In this document: positions 15,746 through 26,250 of the stretch, in pieces
Layout: each line of letters begins with the position of its first letter
How positions within the stretch are numbered: position 1 is the stretch's first letter
DNA from: Vulcanimicrobiota bacterium
GTDB lineage: Bacteria > Vulcanimicrobiota > Vulcanimicrobiia > Vulcanimicrobiales > Vulcanimicrobiaceae
DNA: 64,000 bases
Assembly: GCA_963695225.1 (NCBI GenBank)
Contig: OY968762.1
Coordinates: 1,216,001-1,280,000 of the forward strand
Direction of reading: 5' to 3'
Notes under the pieces: generated by a model
Told to the model about the DNA's origin: nothing
Database searches by the model: none
What the model saw: only the letters and a program-made list of their open reading frames with translations
Made by a program: the position numbers and the translations under genes

Positions 15746-16921
15746 GTGCGACACGCGTACTTGACGGCGATCTGTGCGGCTCTAACCGCGTTCGCTTCGT
15801 CCGGATCGATGCAGCAGCCGGCATTCGCCGCCACGACCCGGGCAGCAATCCAAGTGGCCGACGCATATACCGGCATCGACCTTCCCGGCGGCATCATCTT
15901 CAACACGATGAACACTTCCGGCGTCCGCAACCGGCCGACGCAGCCCGCGACGTTCGACGTGACGCGCCCCGTCACGCTCACCGGTATCATCACCTATCAC
16001 TGGAACGATGGCCTCGGCGCAATGCCGGGTACCATCGCATTGCGCGGCCCCGGCGGGACGCTCTACGGACCCTGGCAAGCCGCCGGAGCGCCCGGTTCGG
16101 GCGGCGTCCACAACGCCTTCTGGTACGTCCAGCCCGGCATCCGTCTGCAACCCGGAACCTATAGGATTATCGACAGCGAGCCGGCGACGTGGTCGCAAGA
16201 CGACGAATCCGGCAATCGCGGAATGGGCGAAGTCCTCGCGAGCGCGCCGCAAGCAACACCGACGGGAGACTCCGGCATGCGAAGCAGTTCCGGCGGCAGC
16301 GACTGGAGCGCGCAAGCGGACAAGTTCCGCGGACAGAACGGCGCGCGCTACACGTATTCCTGTCCCGCCGGCGGCACACCGAGTGGAAGACTATGGGGAA
16401 CCGATCTCTACACCGACGACAGCAGCGTTTGCACCGCTGCCGTGCACGCAGGTCTGATCGGCGCCGCGCAAGGCGGCACCGTCGTCATCGAGATCCGATC
16501 CGGCGCGGCAGCCTACACGGGCTCGACGCGCAACGGCGTCTCGAGCCGCGACTACGGCACTTGGTCCGGCAGCTTCGCCTTCGTCGGAGCGTCCTCGGGC
16601 CGGCGTTCTCAGACGAATAACGGCGGCAGCGACTGGAGCGCGCAAGCGGACAGATTCCGCGGACAGAACGGAGCGCGCTACTCGTATTCCTGCCCCGCCG
16701 GCGGTACCCCGAGTGGAAGACTATGGGGAACCGATCTCTACACCGACGACAGCAGCGTTTGCACCGCTGCCGTGCACGCAGGTCTGATCGGCGCCGCGCA
16801 AGGCGGCACCGTCGTCATCGAGATCCGATCCGGCGCGGCAGCCTACACGGGCTCGACGCGCAACGGCGTCTCGAGCCGCGACTACGGCAATTGGTCCGGC
16901 AGCTTCGCCTTCGTGCGCTAA
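15746..16921 (+). CDS. Secreted protein with two tandem LCCL domains
   Basis: GGAGG RBS, GTG 15746, signal peptide; twice CPAGG...WGTDLYTDDSSVCTAAVHAG...YTGSTRNGVSS. Confidence 0.88.
   Translation: MRHAYLTAICAALTAFASSGSMQQPAFAATTRAAIQVADAYTGIDLPGGIIFNTMNTSGVRNRPTQPATFDVTRPVTLTGIITYHWNDGLGAMPGTIALRGPGGTLYGPWQAAGAPGSGGVHNAFWYVQPGIRLQPGTYRIIDSEPATWSQDDESGNRGMGEVLASAPQATPTGDSGMRSSSGGSDWSAQADKFRGQNGARYTYSCPAGGTPSGRLWGTDLYTDDSSVCTAAVHAGLIGAAQGGTVVIEIRSGAAAYTGSTRNGVSSRDYGTWSGSFAFVGASSGRRSQTNNGGSDWSAQADRFRGQNGARYSYSCPAGGTPSGRLWGTDLYTDDSSVCTAAVHAGLIGAAQGGTVVIEIRSGAAAYTGSTRNGVSSRDYGNWSGSFAFVR
16291..16914 (+). repeat. Near-identical intragenic direct repeat, 2 x ~294 bp with 330-bp period
   Basis: 16291-16584 vs 16621-16914 differ at only a handful of positions. 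Confidence 0.95.
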
Positions 16922-17005
16922 CGGCGAGCGGGCGGTCGGCGAGGGTCGCGAAAGCGCCCTCGCCCGCCGCCGGCACCGCTTGGAATCGCGGGCTGCAGCA
17001 AGTCT

Positions 17006-17866
17006 TCAGAACTCGTGCTCCGGCCGCTCGTCGCTTACGTTCGCACCGATGCGATCGGGTGGAGCGTAGGGCGCCGCTGCGATGTCGGTGAAACGGCCCG
17101 CCGCGAGCTTGCGCACGCGCACGTCGTCGAGACGCGACCCCGGCAGCACGCTCCAGCTCGAAGCGACGATCGCACCCGTGGAATCGGCGTAGAGGCGGAA
17201 GATGCCGCGGCCGACGCCCGTTCCGTGCCGCGCCGGCGTCCCGCGCGTATCCGCGAGGCCGTGCACGGAATGCGACGAGTCGATCACCGTCACCGCATAC
17301 TGCCGCGTGCCGTCGAGCAGCGGCGCGGTCGATTCGCGCAGTTCCGGCAGCGCGGCGACGACCATCACGTGCCCGGTCGAGCCGCTCCCCGGAGGATAAG
17401 AGAGCGCGATGACGTCGCCACGCCGAATTTCGCCGACGGTGGAGAGGCGCGCGAACCCGCGTTGCGCCACGATCGCCTCGTAGTAGTCGCGCGCGTGCGG
17501 ATTCCGCTTCCCGGTCAGCGCCGCGAGCCGGTCCGGCGTAATGCCGTAGACGCGTTCGAGGAGATGTGAAAGGAACGAACTGCATACGCTCCGGTTCCGC
17601 GCCGCGATCCCGGCTGCAGGATCGGCCCATAGGACCTCGGTCGGGTGCGAACCGTAGACGTTCCGTTCCGGTGTAAGCTCGGCGACGAGCTCCTCCGCCG
17701 CGCGGGCCAACCGTTCGAGGCCCGCCCCTTCGGCTGCCGGCGCGGCGGGCGCGCCGGAGGCGTTCGGCGCTGCCGAGCCGGCGGTGATAGCGCAGGTCAC
17801 GGCCAGCGCGAGTGACGACAGCGCCGCGAGCGCAACCCGGACGGCGAACGGCTTCTTCAGTGTCAT
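17006..17866 (-). CDS. Secreted protein, NlpC/P60-like Cys-His hydrolase candidate
   Basis: Signal peptide; SVCSSFLSHLL, RRGDVIAL, TGHVMVV, VIDSS. Confidence 0.6.
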   Translation of the reverse strand: MTLKKPFAVRVALAALSSLALAVTCAITAGSAAPNASGAPAAPAAEGAGLERLARAAEELVAELTPERNVYGSHPTEVLWADPAAGIAARNRSVCSSFLSHLLERVYGITPDRLAALTGKRNPHARDYYEAIVAQRGFARLSTVGEIRRGDVIALSYPPGSGSTGHVMVVAALPELRESTAPLLDGTRQYAVTVIDSSHSVHGLADTRGTPARHGTGVGRGIFRLYADSTGAIVASSWSVLPGSRLDDVRVRKLAAGRFTDIAAAPYAPPDRIGANVSDERPEHEF

Positions 17867-17967
17867 GGAACGAAGGTACCGGAGCACAGGGGCCCGCTCC
17901 CGTTGCTTCATCTCGAATTAACCCGGCGCCGACGCGGATTTCGGCCCTCGAATCCGAATCGGAGCGC

Positions 17968-19242
<1,275 letters not shown>

Positions 19243-19281
19243 GCCGTGGCCGCAGCGCCGGCGGCGGACAGCGCCAGGAGC

Positions 19282-20427
19282 ATGGTCGTGGATCGTACGG
19301 CGCTTCGAGTGTTGAGCAACTGCGCGGCGGCCCTTGTCGCCGCGTGCCTAGCCGCCTCGGCCGCGGAGCCCGCGAAGCCCGTGAAGCCCGTGAAGCCCGT
19401 GAAGCCCGTCGAGATCATCGCCAAGGCGCGCTTCACGCAGCACACGTCTGCCGGCGATGCAACCATTCCTATCGATGTCTCCGCGGATTTGGGAACGGTG
19501 CATCCCGAAATAACGCGTGCCGTTCTCATCTTCCACGGAAAGGGGCGCGATGCGGAGGGTTATTATCATGACCTCGAGCGCGCGGCAGGCGTTGCGGGGC
19601 AGGCTGCTCGCACGATTCTGATCGCTCCGCAGTTCTTGCGCGAAGAAGACGTTCGGGCTCATCATTTGCCGAGCCAGGTTCTCCGCTGGCATGAGGGCTC
19701 GTGGACGGCGGGGCTCCCCGCAGCGGCGCCACAGCCGCTGAGCACGTTCGAGATCATCGACGCGCTGCTTGGGGTTCTCGGCGATCGCAGGACGTTTCCC
19801 AATCTCAGCGGAGTCGTGCTCTTCGGACACTCCGCCGGCGGGCAACTCCTCAATCGCTATGCCATCGTGGGCCGCGAGCCGCAAACGCTCTCGGCTGCCG
19901 GGTTACACGTTCGCTTTGTCATTGCGAACCCGTCATCGTATTTCTATTTCAACGACGAGCGTCCGCAGCCGGATGGATCGTTTGCTGCCTTCCGCCGCGA
20001 ACGCTGCCCCCGCTTCGATCGCTGGCGCTACGGACCCGAGAACGCGCCGCCGTACGTCGAAGACACCTCAGCCCGCGCATGGGCCGAGCGGGAATCGGCG
20101 TATGCACGAGCCGACGTGACCTATCTGCTGGGAACGGCGGACACCGATCCGGCTCAAGTTGACTTGGATACGTCATGCGCCGGCGAAGCGCAAGGGCCGG
20201 AAAGACTCGAGCGCGGCAAGGCCTATTTCCGCTATTTGCTGAGCCGCCATCCTTCGGATTTTCGGGGGCACCTGTGGTTCGTACCGGGCGTTGGGCATAC
20301 GGGCCGCAAAATGGTAGAATCGGCATGCGGAATCGCGGCCGTCTTCGACGCCGGAACCTGTGCGACGAAGGCCCGCGCCTACGGCTTCCCCGGGCGGCCA
20401 GCTTCCAGCGCGCGCATCATTCCGTAA
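19282..20427 (+). CDS. Secreted alpha/beta hydrolase
   Basis: Signal peptide; IFHGKGRD, LIAPQF, GHSAGGQ nucleophile elbow, ANPSSY, VPGVGH. Confidence 0.85.
   Translation: MVVDRTALRVLSNCAAALVAACLAASAAEPAKPVKPVKPVKPVEIIAKARFTQHTSAGDATIPIDVSADLGTVHPEITRAVLIFHGKGRDAEGYYHDLERAAGVAGQAARTILIAPQFLREEDVRAHHLPSQVLRWHEGSWTAGLPAAAPQPLSTFEIIDALLGVLGDRRTFPNLSGVVLFGHSAGGQLLNRYAIVGREPQTLSAAGLHVRFVIANPSSYFYFNDERPQPDGSFAAFRRERCPRFDRWRYGPENAPPYVEDTSARAWAERESAYARADVTYLLGTADTDPAQVDLDTSCAGEAQGPERLERGKAYFRYLLSRHPSDFRGHLWFVPGVGHTGRKMVESACGIAAVFDAGTCATKARAYGFPGRPASSARIIP
19372..19407 (+). repeat. In-frame 9-bp tandem repeat (GYGAAGCCC)x4
   Basis: gcgaagccc gtgaagccc gtgaagccc gtgaagccc, encoding (A/V)KP. Confidence 0.9.
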
Positions 20428-20657
20428 AGGCCGAGCACGAGCGGGCCCGCGATCAGGAGCAGCGAGAGGAGCGGCTGCGTCTCGCCGAACTTGTGCGTGA
20501 CGAAGAGAGCCCACGGGAAGAGGAACGCGCAGAGCACGACCGCACCGGCGATCGTGCGCTGGAACTGCGGCCACGACCACGTGCCGTCGCGCCGCGCTTG
20601 CTGGTAAACCGTGAAGCCCACGATGCAAACGATCCCGAGCAAGAGCAGCCCGCTCAC
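20379..20657 (-). CDS. Small membrane protein (about 3 TM helices)
   Basis: Three hydrophobic segments; start overlaps the upstream gene stop. Confidence 0.65.
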   Translation of the reverse strand: MSGLLLLGIVCIVGFTVYQQARRDGTWSWPQFQRTIAGAVVLCAFLFPWALFVTHKFGETQPLLSLLLIAGPLVLGLYGMMRALEAGRPGKP

Positions 20658-21448
20658 GAGCGCGCCTCCGCGGGCGCGAGCGCCGCTAGTTCGGCGAGCG
20701 CCGCGACGACGGTGACCCGATGCATGGCGATGCGTTCATCCCACGGCCGTTTTCGCGCGGATTCGATCGTTAGCGTGCGCGCGGCCCTGCGCCCCTGCAT
20801 GAAGATGCTGTAGGTCAGCCGGCCCTCGAAATGGCGCGAGAGCTTCGAGGTCCCGGTGACGACCCGCCCGCGTTCGAGCCGGTACGCATCCTCGGCGCCC
20901 GGCGGGTACGCGAGATCGAAACCCGCGTGCCAGTTCTGAATCGGGAGCCCCGCTTCGTCGAGAGCGCGCACGAGCGCGGGGCCGAGCGGCGGCCCGTCGA
21001 CTTCGGCTTCGTAGAAGTAGCAGCCGTCGGCTTCGTAATCCTCATGCAAGTCGATCGAGAGCTCGAAACGGCGGTCGCGATTCGCCGTGACGATCGCACG
21101 CGACTCGGGCGAAGTCCCGCCGGCGCTGAAGGTGCGGTTGATGTCCTGTCCCTCCGCGTTCGCGCGCGTCCCGGCAGCGTATCCGCTCGGATTCGTGCAG
21201 GCCCACACGCGGTACGCATACCGCGGATCGAGCAACCCGTCGCGCACGAGCGAGAGCAGCGACCACGGGCTCGCCGGCTCGTCGCCGTGGACCCCCGCCG
21301 CCAGCGTGACGAGCGGACGGCCGGCCTCGCCGAAATCGCAGCAGAGCAGCGTCCGCTGCGCACCCGGACACGCGACCTCGCGCACGGCCACGCCGTGCGT
21401 CGAACGCAATTCCTTCCAGGCGGCCACGAGTTCGTCGTACGGTCCCAT
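20654..21448 (-). CDS. M14 zinc carboxypeptidase / succinylglutamate desuccinylase-like protein
   Basis: AGVHGDE, NPSGY, RANAEGQDINR, IDLHED, LTIES. Confidence 0.85.
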   Translation of the reverse strand: MGPYDELVAAWKELRSTHGVAVREVACPGAQRTLLCCDFGEAGRPLVTLAAGVHGDEPASPWSLLSLVRDGLLDPRYAYRVWACTNPSGYAAGTRANAEGQDINRTFSAGGTSPESRAIVTANRDRRFELSIDLHEDYEADGCYFYEAEVDGPPLGPALVRALDEAGLPIQNWHAGFDLAYPPGAEDAYRLERGRVVTGTSKLSRHFEGRLTYSIFMQGRRAARTLTIESARKRPWDERIAMHRVTVVAALAELAALAPAEARS

Positions 21449-21498
21449 GCGTTTGTCGTTTCGCTCCCGGGGACGCGTTGCCCGCGTGCCGGCCCGGA

Positions 21499-22788
21499 TC
21501 ACACGCCCTTCGGGATCGCGCCGCGCAGCGAAGCGTCGAGGATTTCGATCGGATGCGCCGCGGCGAGCGAGAGCCCGCGGCGCGCGAGGATCGCTTGGAT
21601 CTGCAAGGTGCAGCCGGGATTCGCGCTCGCGAGCAGATCCGCCCCGACGGAGAGCACGTTCTCGACCTTCCGTTCCCCGATCTCGTTCGCGCTCTCCGGC
21701 TGCAGCAGGTTGTAGACGCCCGCGCTCCCGCAACACTGATCGCCGTCGGGAATCTCGCACAGCTCGAGCTCCGGGATCGCACGGAGCAGAGCGCGCGGGG
21801 CGCTGCGGATGCCCTGCGCGTGCGCGAGATGGCACGCATCGTGATACGCGACACGCGCCCGGATCGGGCGGCGCTCCGCGCGCGGTTCGACGCCCGCGAG
21901 GAATTCCGAGATGTCCTTGACTTTTGCGGAGAACGCCGCCGCACGTTCGGCGAAGGCGGGCTCGCCCGCGAAGAGCTCGCCGTACTCCTTGAGCGTCGAG
22001 CCGCACCCCGCGGCGTTGATCAGGATCGTCTCGACGCCGCACTTCTCGAAACGTTCGATCAGGTCGCGCGCGAAACGCTTCGCCTCGCCGGCCCGACCCG
22101 CGTGCAACGAGAGCGCCCCGCAACAGCCTTGGTTAGGCGGGATCTCGACATCGAAGCCCTCCGCCGTAAGGACGCGCACGGTCGCCGCGTTCACGTTCGG
22201 GAAGAACGTGCGCTGCACGCAACCGGCGACGAGGCCGACGCGTCCGCGCGAGCTCCCTCGCGCCGGCGTGTGCTGCGGGAGCGCCGCGCCCATCTCGCCG
22301 AGGTCGACCGGCGGCATCAACGCCTCGAGTTGCGCGAGCCCGCTCGGCAGCCGCCGCTGCCAGCCGGTGCGCCGCAGCGCGCCCTGCAGGCCGCTCTTCG
22401 CGAACAGCGCGAGCGCCGGCGCAAGCGCGCGCAAGCGCGCCGGGTACGGAAACAACGAGAAGATCATCTCGCGAAACGAGCTCTCGGATGCCGGCCGCGC
22501 CTTGCGTTCTTCGATCTTCGTGCGCGTCGCTTCGATGAGCTTGTCGTACTCGACGCCCGAGGGGCAGGCCGTCATGCAGGCCATGCACCCCAAGCACCGG
22601 TCGAAGTGAACCTGCGCCTCGCCGAGGTCGATGACGCCCTCTTCGATACCCCGCATCAAGTCGATGCGCCCGCGCGGCGAATCGGCCTCCGAGCCCCACG
22701 AGCGATACGTCGGGCAGGCGGGAAGGCAGAATCCGCAATGCACGCAGTCGTCCAGCAGGTCGGCCGCCGTGCGCGGCGCGTGTTCCAT
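21499..22788 (-). CDS. glcF: Glycolate oxidase iron-sulfur subunit
   Basis: CVHCGFCLPACPTY, SPRGRI, CLGCMACMTACP, CCGAL, YHDACHLAH, CCGSAGVYN. Confidence 0.93.
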   Translation of the reverse strand: MEHAPRTAADLLDDCVHCGFCLPACPTYRSWGSEADSPRGRIDLMRGIEEGVIDLGEAQVHFDRCLGCMACMTACPSGVEYDKLIEATRTKIEERKARPASESSFREMIFSLFPYPARLRALAPALALFAKSGLQGALRRTGWQRRLPSGLAQLEALMPPVDLGEMGAALPQHTPARGSSRGRVGLVAGCVQRTFFPNVNAATVRVLTAEGFDVEIPPNQGCCGALSLHAGRAGEAKRFARDLIERFEKCGVETILINAAGCGSTLKEYGELFAGEPAFAERAAAFSAKVKDISEFLAGVEPRAERRPIRARVAYHDACHLAHAQGIRSAPRALLRAIPELELCEIPDGDQCCGSAGVYNLLQPESANEIGERKVENVLSVGADLLASANPGCTLQIQAILARRGLSLAAAHPIEILDASLRGAIPKGV

Positions 22789-23996
22789 CAGAGCCCGCCC
22801 ACGAAACGGCCGCGGTTGAGGCGGCGTTCCGGATCGAAGCGCAGTTTGAGCCCGTGCATCAATTCGATCGAAGGTGGAATCGCGCCGTAGACATCGCTCG
22901 CCGCCCGCACGGCGGGCGACGCGGAGAGCTGCACGAGCGTCCCGCCCGCGTCCGCGAGGATCGCGCGCGAGCGCGCGATCGAGGCAGCCAGCAGGTCCGC
23001 GTTCATCTCCTCGCCGGCGAGGTACGCGACGCCCGCCGCCGGGTAGATCGCGAGCGACGGCGCGCGCAAAGCAGCGCGCAGGGAGCGCAACGCGTACCGT
23101 TCGATTTGCATGAGGGCGGCGGGCGGGAACGCGATCTTCGCGCGCCAGTCTCCGCCGCTCCGCGCCGCGCGGTGCAGCGCGTCGAGCCGTTCCGCCGCGG
23201 CGTCGTCCGCGAGCTCCGCAGCGAGCCCAGCCGCCCGCGCGGCGGCGACGAGGCGCTCCGCTTGATCTTGGGCGCCGGCCGCGAAGCCCTCGAACGCGAC
23301 GTCGAGCGCCATCTCGCTTCCATCCTCCAGGGCGACGAGCGCGGCCGGTTCGTACTGCTCGCGCTCGAGCTGCGCGCACCAGCGGCGGACGTCCGAAACG
23401 GCGCAACCGCGGATCTCGACGCGGACGGTCCGTTCCGGCAGCGGATGCAGCCGGAACGTCGCGGCCGCGATCATCCCGAGCGTTCCCAGCGATCCGACGG
23501 CGAGCTTGGGCAGATCGAAACCGGCGACGTTCTTGACGACTTTCCCGCCGCCGCGCACGCGCGTCCCGTCCGCGCGAATCAGCGAGACGCCGACGATCAG
23601 GTCGCGCAGGCTGCCGTAGCGAACGCGCCGGGGGCCGCTCTGGTTCGTCGCGATCAAACCGCCGACGGTCGCGAGGGGCTCGGGAGGATCGAGCGCGAGC
23701 CGCTGGCCGTGCGGCGCCAGGAATGCCTGTAACGCGTCGAACCGGAGGCCGGCTTCGACCGTGACCGTCATATCGCCCGGCGCGTGGTCGACGACGCGGG
23801 CGAGTTCGCGCGTCTCGATCAGGACGCCGATGCCGTCCGGCGGATACCCGAGATCGATCTCCGTCCCGCTCCCGACGAACGCGACCCGCTCCCCGGCGGC
23901 GGAGGCTTCGCGCATGCACGCCTGCGCCTCGTCGAGCGTCGCCGGCGTCGCGACACGCTCCGCGACGACGCCGAGGATCGACTCCGTCCCGCTCAT
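22788..23996 (-). CDS. glcE: Glycolate oxidase FAD subunit GlcE
   Basis: DMTVTVEAG, LALDPP, GGKVVKNVAGFDL, LKLRFDP. Confidence 0.9.
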   Translation of the reverse strand: MSGTESILGVVAERVATPATLDEAQACMREASAAGERVAFVGSGTEIDLGYPPDGIGVLIETRELARVVDHAPGDMTVTVEAGLRFDALQAFLAPHGQRLALDPPEPLATVGGLIATNQSGPRRVRYGSLRDLIVGVSLIRADGTRVRGGGKVVKNVAGFDLPKLAVGSLGTLGMIAAATFRLHPLPERTVRVEIRGCAVSDVRRWCAQLEREQYEPAALVALEDGSEMALDVAFEGFAAGAQDQAERLVAAARAAGLAAELADDAAAERLDALHRAARSGGDWRAKIAFPPAALMQIERYALRSLRAALRAPSLAIYPAAGVAYLAGEEMNADLLAASIARSRAILADAGGTLVQLSASPAVRAASDVYGAIPPSIELMHGLKLRFDPERRLNRGRFVGGL

Positions 23997-25492
23997 CCGC
24001 GCCCCGCCTCGCCCGAACGCTCCGCGTCGTGCGCGCGGTAGGGCCCCGGCCGGTCCCCGCAGAGCCGCGGCGTCGGGAAGACCTTCCCCGGGTTGAAGAT
24101 GCGCTCCGGATCGAACGTGCAGCGCACGGCGTTCATCGCATCGAGATCGTCCTCGCCGAATTGCTCGCCGAGGTAGATCGCCTTGTCGGCGCCGACGCCG
24201 TGCTCCCCCGTGATCGAACCGCCGTAGCGTAGGCAGATGCGCAGGATCTCGCCGCCGAGCGCTTCGGCACGCCGTTCCTCGCCTTCGACGCGAGCGTCGT
24301 AGAGGACGAGCGGATGCAGGTTCCCGTCGCCCGCGTGGAAGACGTTCGCGACGCGCATCCCGGAACGCGCGGAGCGTTCCGCGATCTCGCGCAGCACGGG
24401 CCCGATCACCGAGCGCGGGATCACGCCGTCCTGCACGATGTAATTCGGCGAGATGCGGCCCATCGCGGCGAACGCGCTCTTGCGGCCCTTCCACATCAGC
24501 GCGCGCTCCGCGTCGTCGCGCGGCGCGCGGACTTCGAGCGCGCCGGTCGCGCGCGCCATCGTTTCCGCCTGCGCCGCCGTGTGCGCGACCTCGGCCGGCG
24601 TTCCGTCGACGTCGAGCAAGAGCGCGGCGCCGACGTCGAGCGGCCAATCGACGCCGGTCGATTTCACGATCGCCTCGATCGCGAGCGCGTCCATCATCTC
24701 GATCGCGGCCGGAACGATCCCGGCCGCGATGATCTCGGAGACGCAGGCCCCGGCTTCGTCGGTCGTCGGGAACGTCGCGAAGAGCGTGCGCACGGCGGCG
24801 GGCTTGCGCAGGATGCGCAGCACGATCTCCGTGACGATTCCGAGCATCCCCTCGCTCCCGACGAGCACGCCCATCAAATCGTATCCGAGCGGATCGGCGC
24901 AAGCGGAACCGAGTTCGACGACGCTTCCGTCTTCGAGCACGACCGTCGCCGCGAGCGCGTGATTCACGGTGAACCCATACTTGAGGCAATGCGCGCCGCC
25001 GGAGTTCTCGGCGATGTTGCCGCCGATCGTGCACACGCTCTGCGAGCTCGGATCGGGCGCGTAGTAGTAGCCGTCGGCCGAAACGGCCTTCGAGACGTCG
25101 AGGTTGATCGCGCCCGGCTGGACGCGCACGCGCCCGTTCGGGAGATCGATATCGAGGATGCGCGTCATCCGCGCGAGCCCGATCACGAGAGAGCCTTCGG
25201 ACGGGAGCGCGCCGCCGGAGAGTCCGGTTCCCGCCCCGCGCGGGACGACGGGCATCCCCAACGCGCGCGCCGCCTTCACGAGTTCGGCGACTTCTTCCGT
25301 CGTCGCCGGGAGCGCGACCGCGGCCGGGCGCACGCGATAGCTCGTCAGGCCATCGCACTCGTAGCTGCGCAACTCGGCTGCAGACGTCAGGACGTTCCGC
25401 CCGCCGACGATTTCCGCAAGGCGCGCGCGCAACTCGGCTGTTCGCGCAGCGGCGTTCGCGGACCGGACGGGCGTATCTGCGGGCGCACTCAT
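23993..25492 (-). CDS. glcD: Glycolate oxidase subunit GlcD
   Basis: RGAGTGLSGG, PDPSSQ, GGAHCLKYG, HAGDGNLHP, GEHGVG, NPGKVFP. Confidence 0.93.
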   Translation of the reverse strand: MSAPADTPVRSANAAARTAELRARLAEIVGGRNVLTSAAELRSYECDGLTSYRVRPAAVALPATTEEVAELVKAARALGMPVVPRGAGTGLSGGALPSEGSLVIGLARMTRILDIDLPNGRVRVQPGAINLDVSKAVSADGYYYAPDPSSQSVCTIGGNIAENSGGAHCLKYGFTVNHALAATVVLEDGSVVELGSACADPLGYDLMGVLVGSEGMLGIVTEIVLRILRKPAAVRTLFATFPTTDEAGACVSEIIAAGIVPAAIEMMDALAIEAIVKSTGVDWPLDVGAALLLDVDGTPAEVAHTAAQAETMARATGALEVRAPRDDAERALMWKGRKSAFAAMGRISPNYIVQDGVIPRSVIGPVLREIAERSARSGMRVANVFHAGDGNLHPLVLYDARVEGEERRAEALGGEILRICLRYGGSITGEHGVGADKAIYLGEQFGEDDLDAMNAVRCTFDPERIFNPGKVFPTPRLCGDRPGPYRAHDAERSGEAGRG

Positions 25493-26181
25493 GGGGATTC
25501 TCCGGCGGGAGCGCCGTCCGGCGCGATCGCCGCGAGCGCCGCCGACCGCACGCGAGCAACGTGTTCCGCCGTGCGCAGCGCGGCCGCATCTTCATCGCGC
25601 GCCGCGAGCGCGGCGAGGATCGCCGCGTGTTCGGCGACCGTCTCGCGCCGGCGGTCCGCGTTCGAGAGCGAGAGGAAGCGCCACGCGATCAACTCTCCGC
25701 GGACGTCGCCGAGCATGCGTTTGAGCCTCTCGCCGTCCGCCGCCTCCAGAATGACGTCGTGGAAGGCGGTATCGGCGCGCTCCATCTCGTTCGGCTCGTC
25801 GGCCGCCGCCTGCATTCGCTCGAGCAACGTCCCGAGCCGGCGGAGTTGCGGAGCCGTTATACGCCGCGCGGCCCGGCGCGCGGCGAGCGGTTCGAGTGCC
25901 TCGCGAATCTCCATGATGCAGACGACGTCTTCGCGGCGCAGTTCGCGCACCACGGTCCCGCGAGCCCCGCGCGGCTCGAGCAGCCCCTCGGCCTCGAGGC
26001 GCCGCAACGCCTCGCGCACCGGGGTACGAGAAGCCCCGAGGCGAGCCGCCAGCTCGCCTTCGATCAGCGGCGTCCCAGGCGGAAACTCGCCGGTCAGGAT
26101 TGCCTGCCTCAAACGCTCGTGGATCCGTTCCCGCAACGCAACCGGCCGGCGCATCCGGCCGAGCCCCCCGGCACCCCGCAT
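25489..26181 (-). CDS. GntR/FCD family transcriptional regulator
   Basis: LAARLGASRTPVREAL wHTH; FCD motifs FHDVI and EHAAIL; ATG 26181 or 26154. Confidence 0.9.
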   Translation of the reverse strand: MRGAGGLGRMRRPVALRERIHERLRQAILTGEFPPGTPLIEGELAARLGASRTPVREALRRLEAEGLLEPRGARGTVVRELRREDVVCIMEIREALEPLAARRAARRITAPQLRRLGTLLERMQAAADEPNEMERADTAFHDVILEAADGERLKRMLGDVRGELIAWRFLSLSNADRRRETVAEHAAILAALAARDEDAAALRTAEHVARVRSAALAAIAPDGAPAGESP

Positions 26182-26188
26182 CCAGCCA

Positions 26189-26235
26189 AGCGTAGCCGAC
26201 CGGCCTCGCCGCGTCAATACGGGATACGGGATCCC
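26189..26235 (-). promoter_or_regulatory. Sigma70-type promoter with adjacent repeated operator-like element
   Basis: TTGACG(26217-12)-N17-TACGCT(26194-89), with ATG 7 nt downstream; ATACGGG ATACGGG ATCCC abuts the -35. Confidence 0.6.
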
Positions 26236-26250
26236 ATAAGAAGGGAGCCC

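Noticed and set aside
16291..16914. Long repeats as CRISPR or mobile-element ends
   Set aside because: In-frame protein-domain duplication with no spacers, cas genes or transposase
21499..25595. Long ORF-track entries (806 aa, 935 aa) suggesting giant fusions
   Set aside because: Their N-terminal extensions are off-frame shadows of the upstream glc genes; real starts at 22788 and 23996 show normal stop/start overlaps
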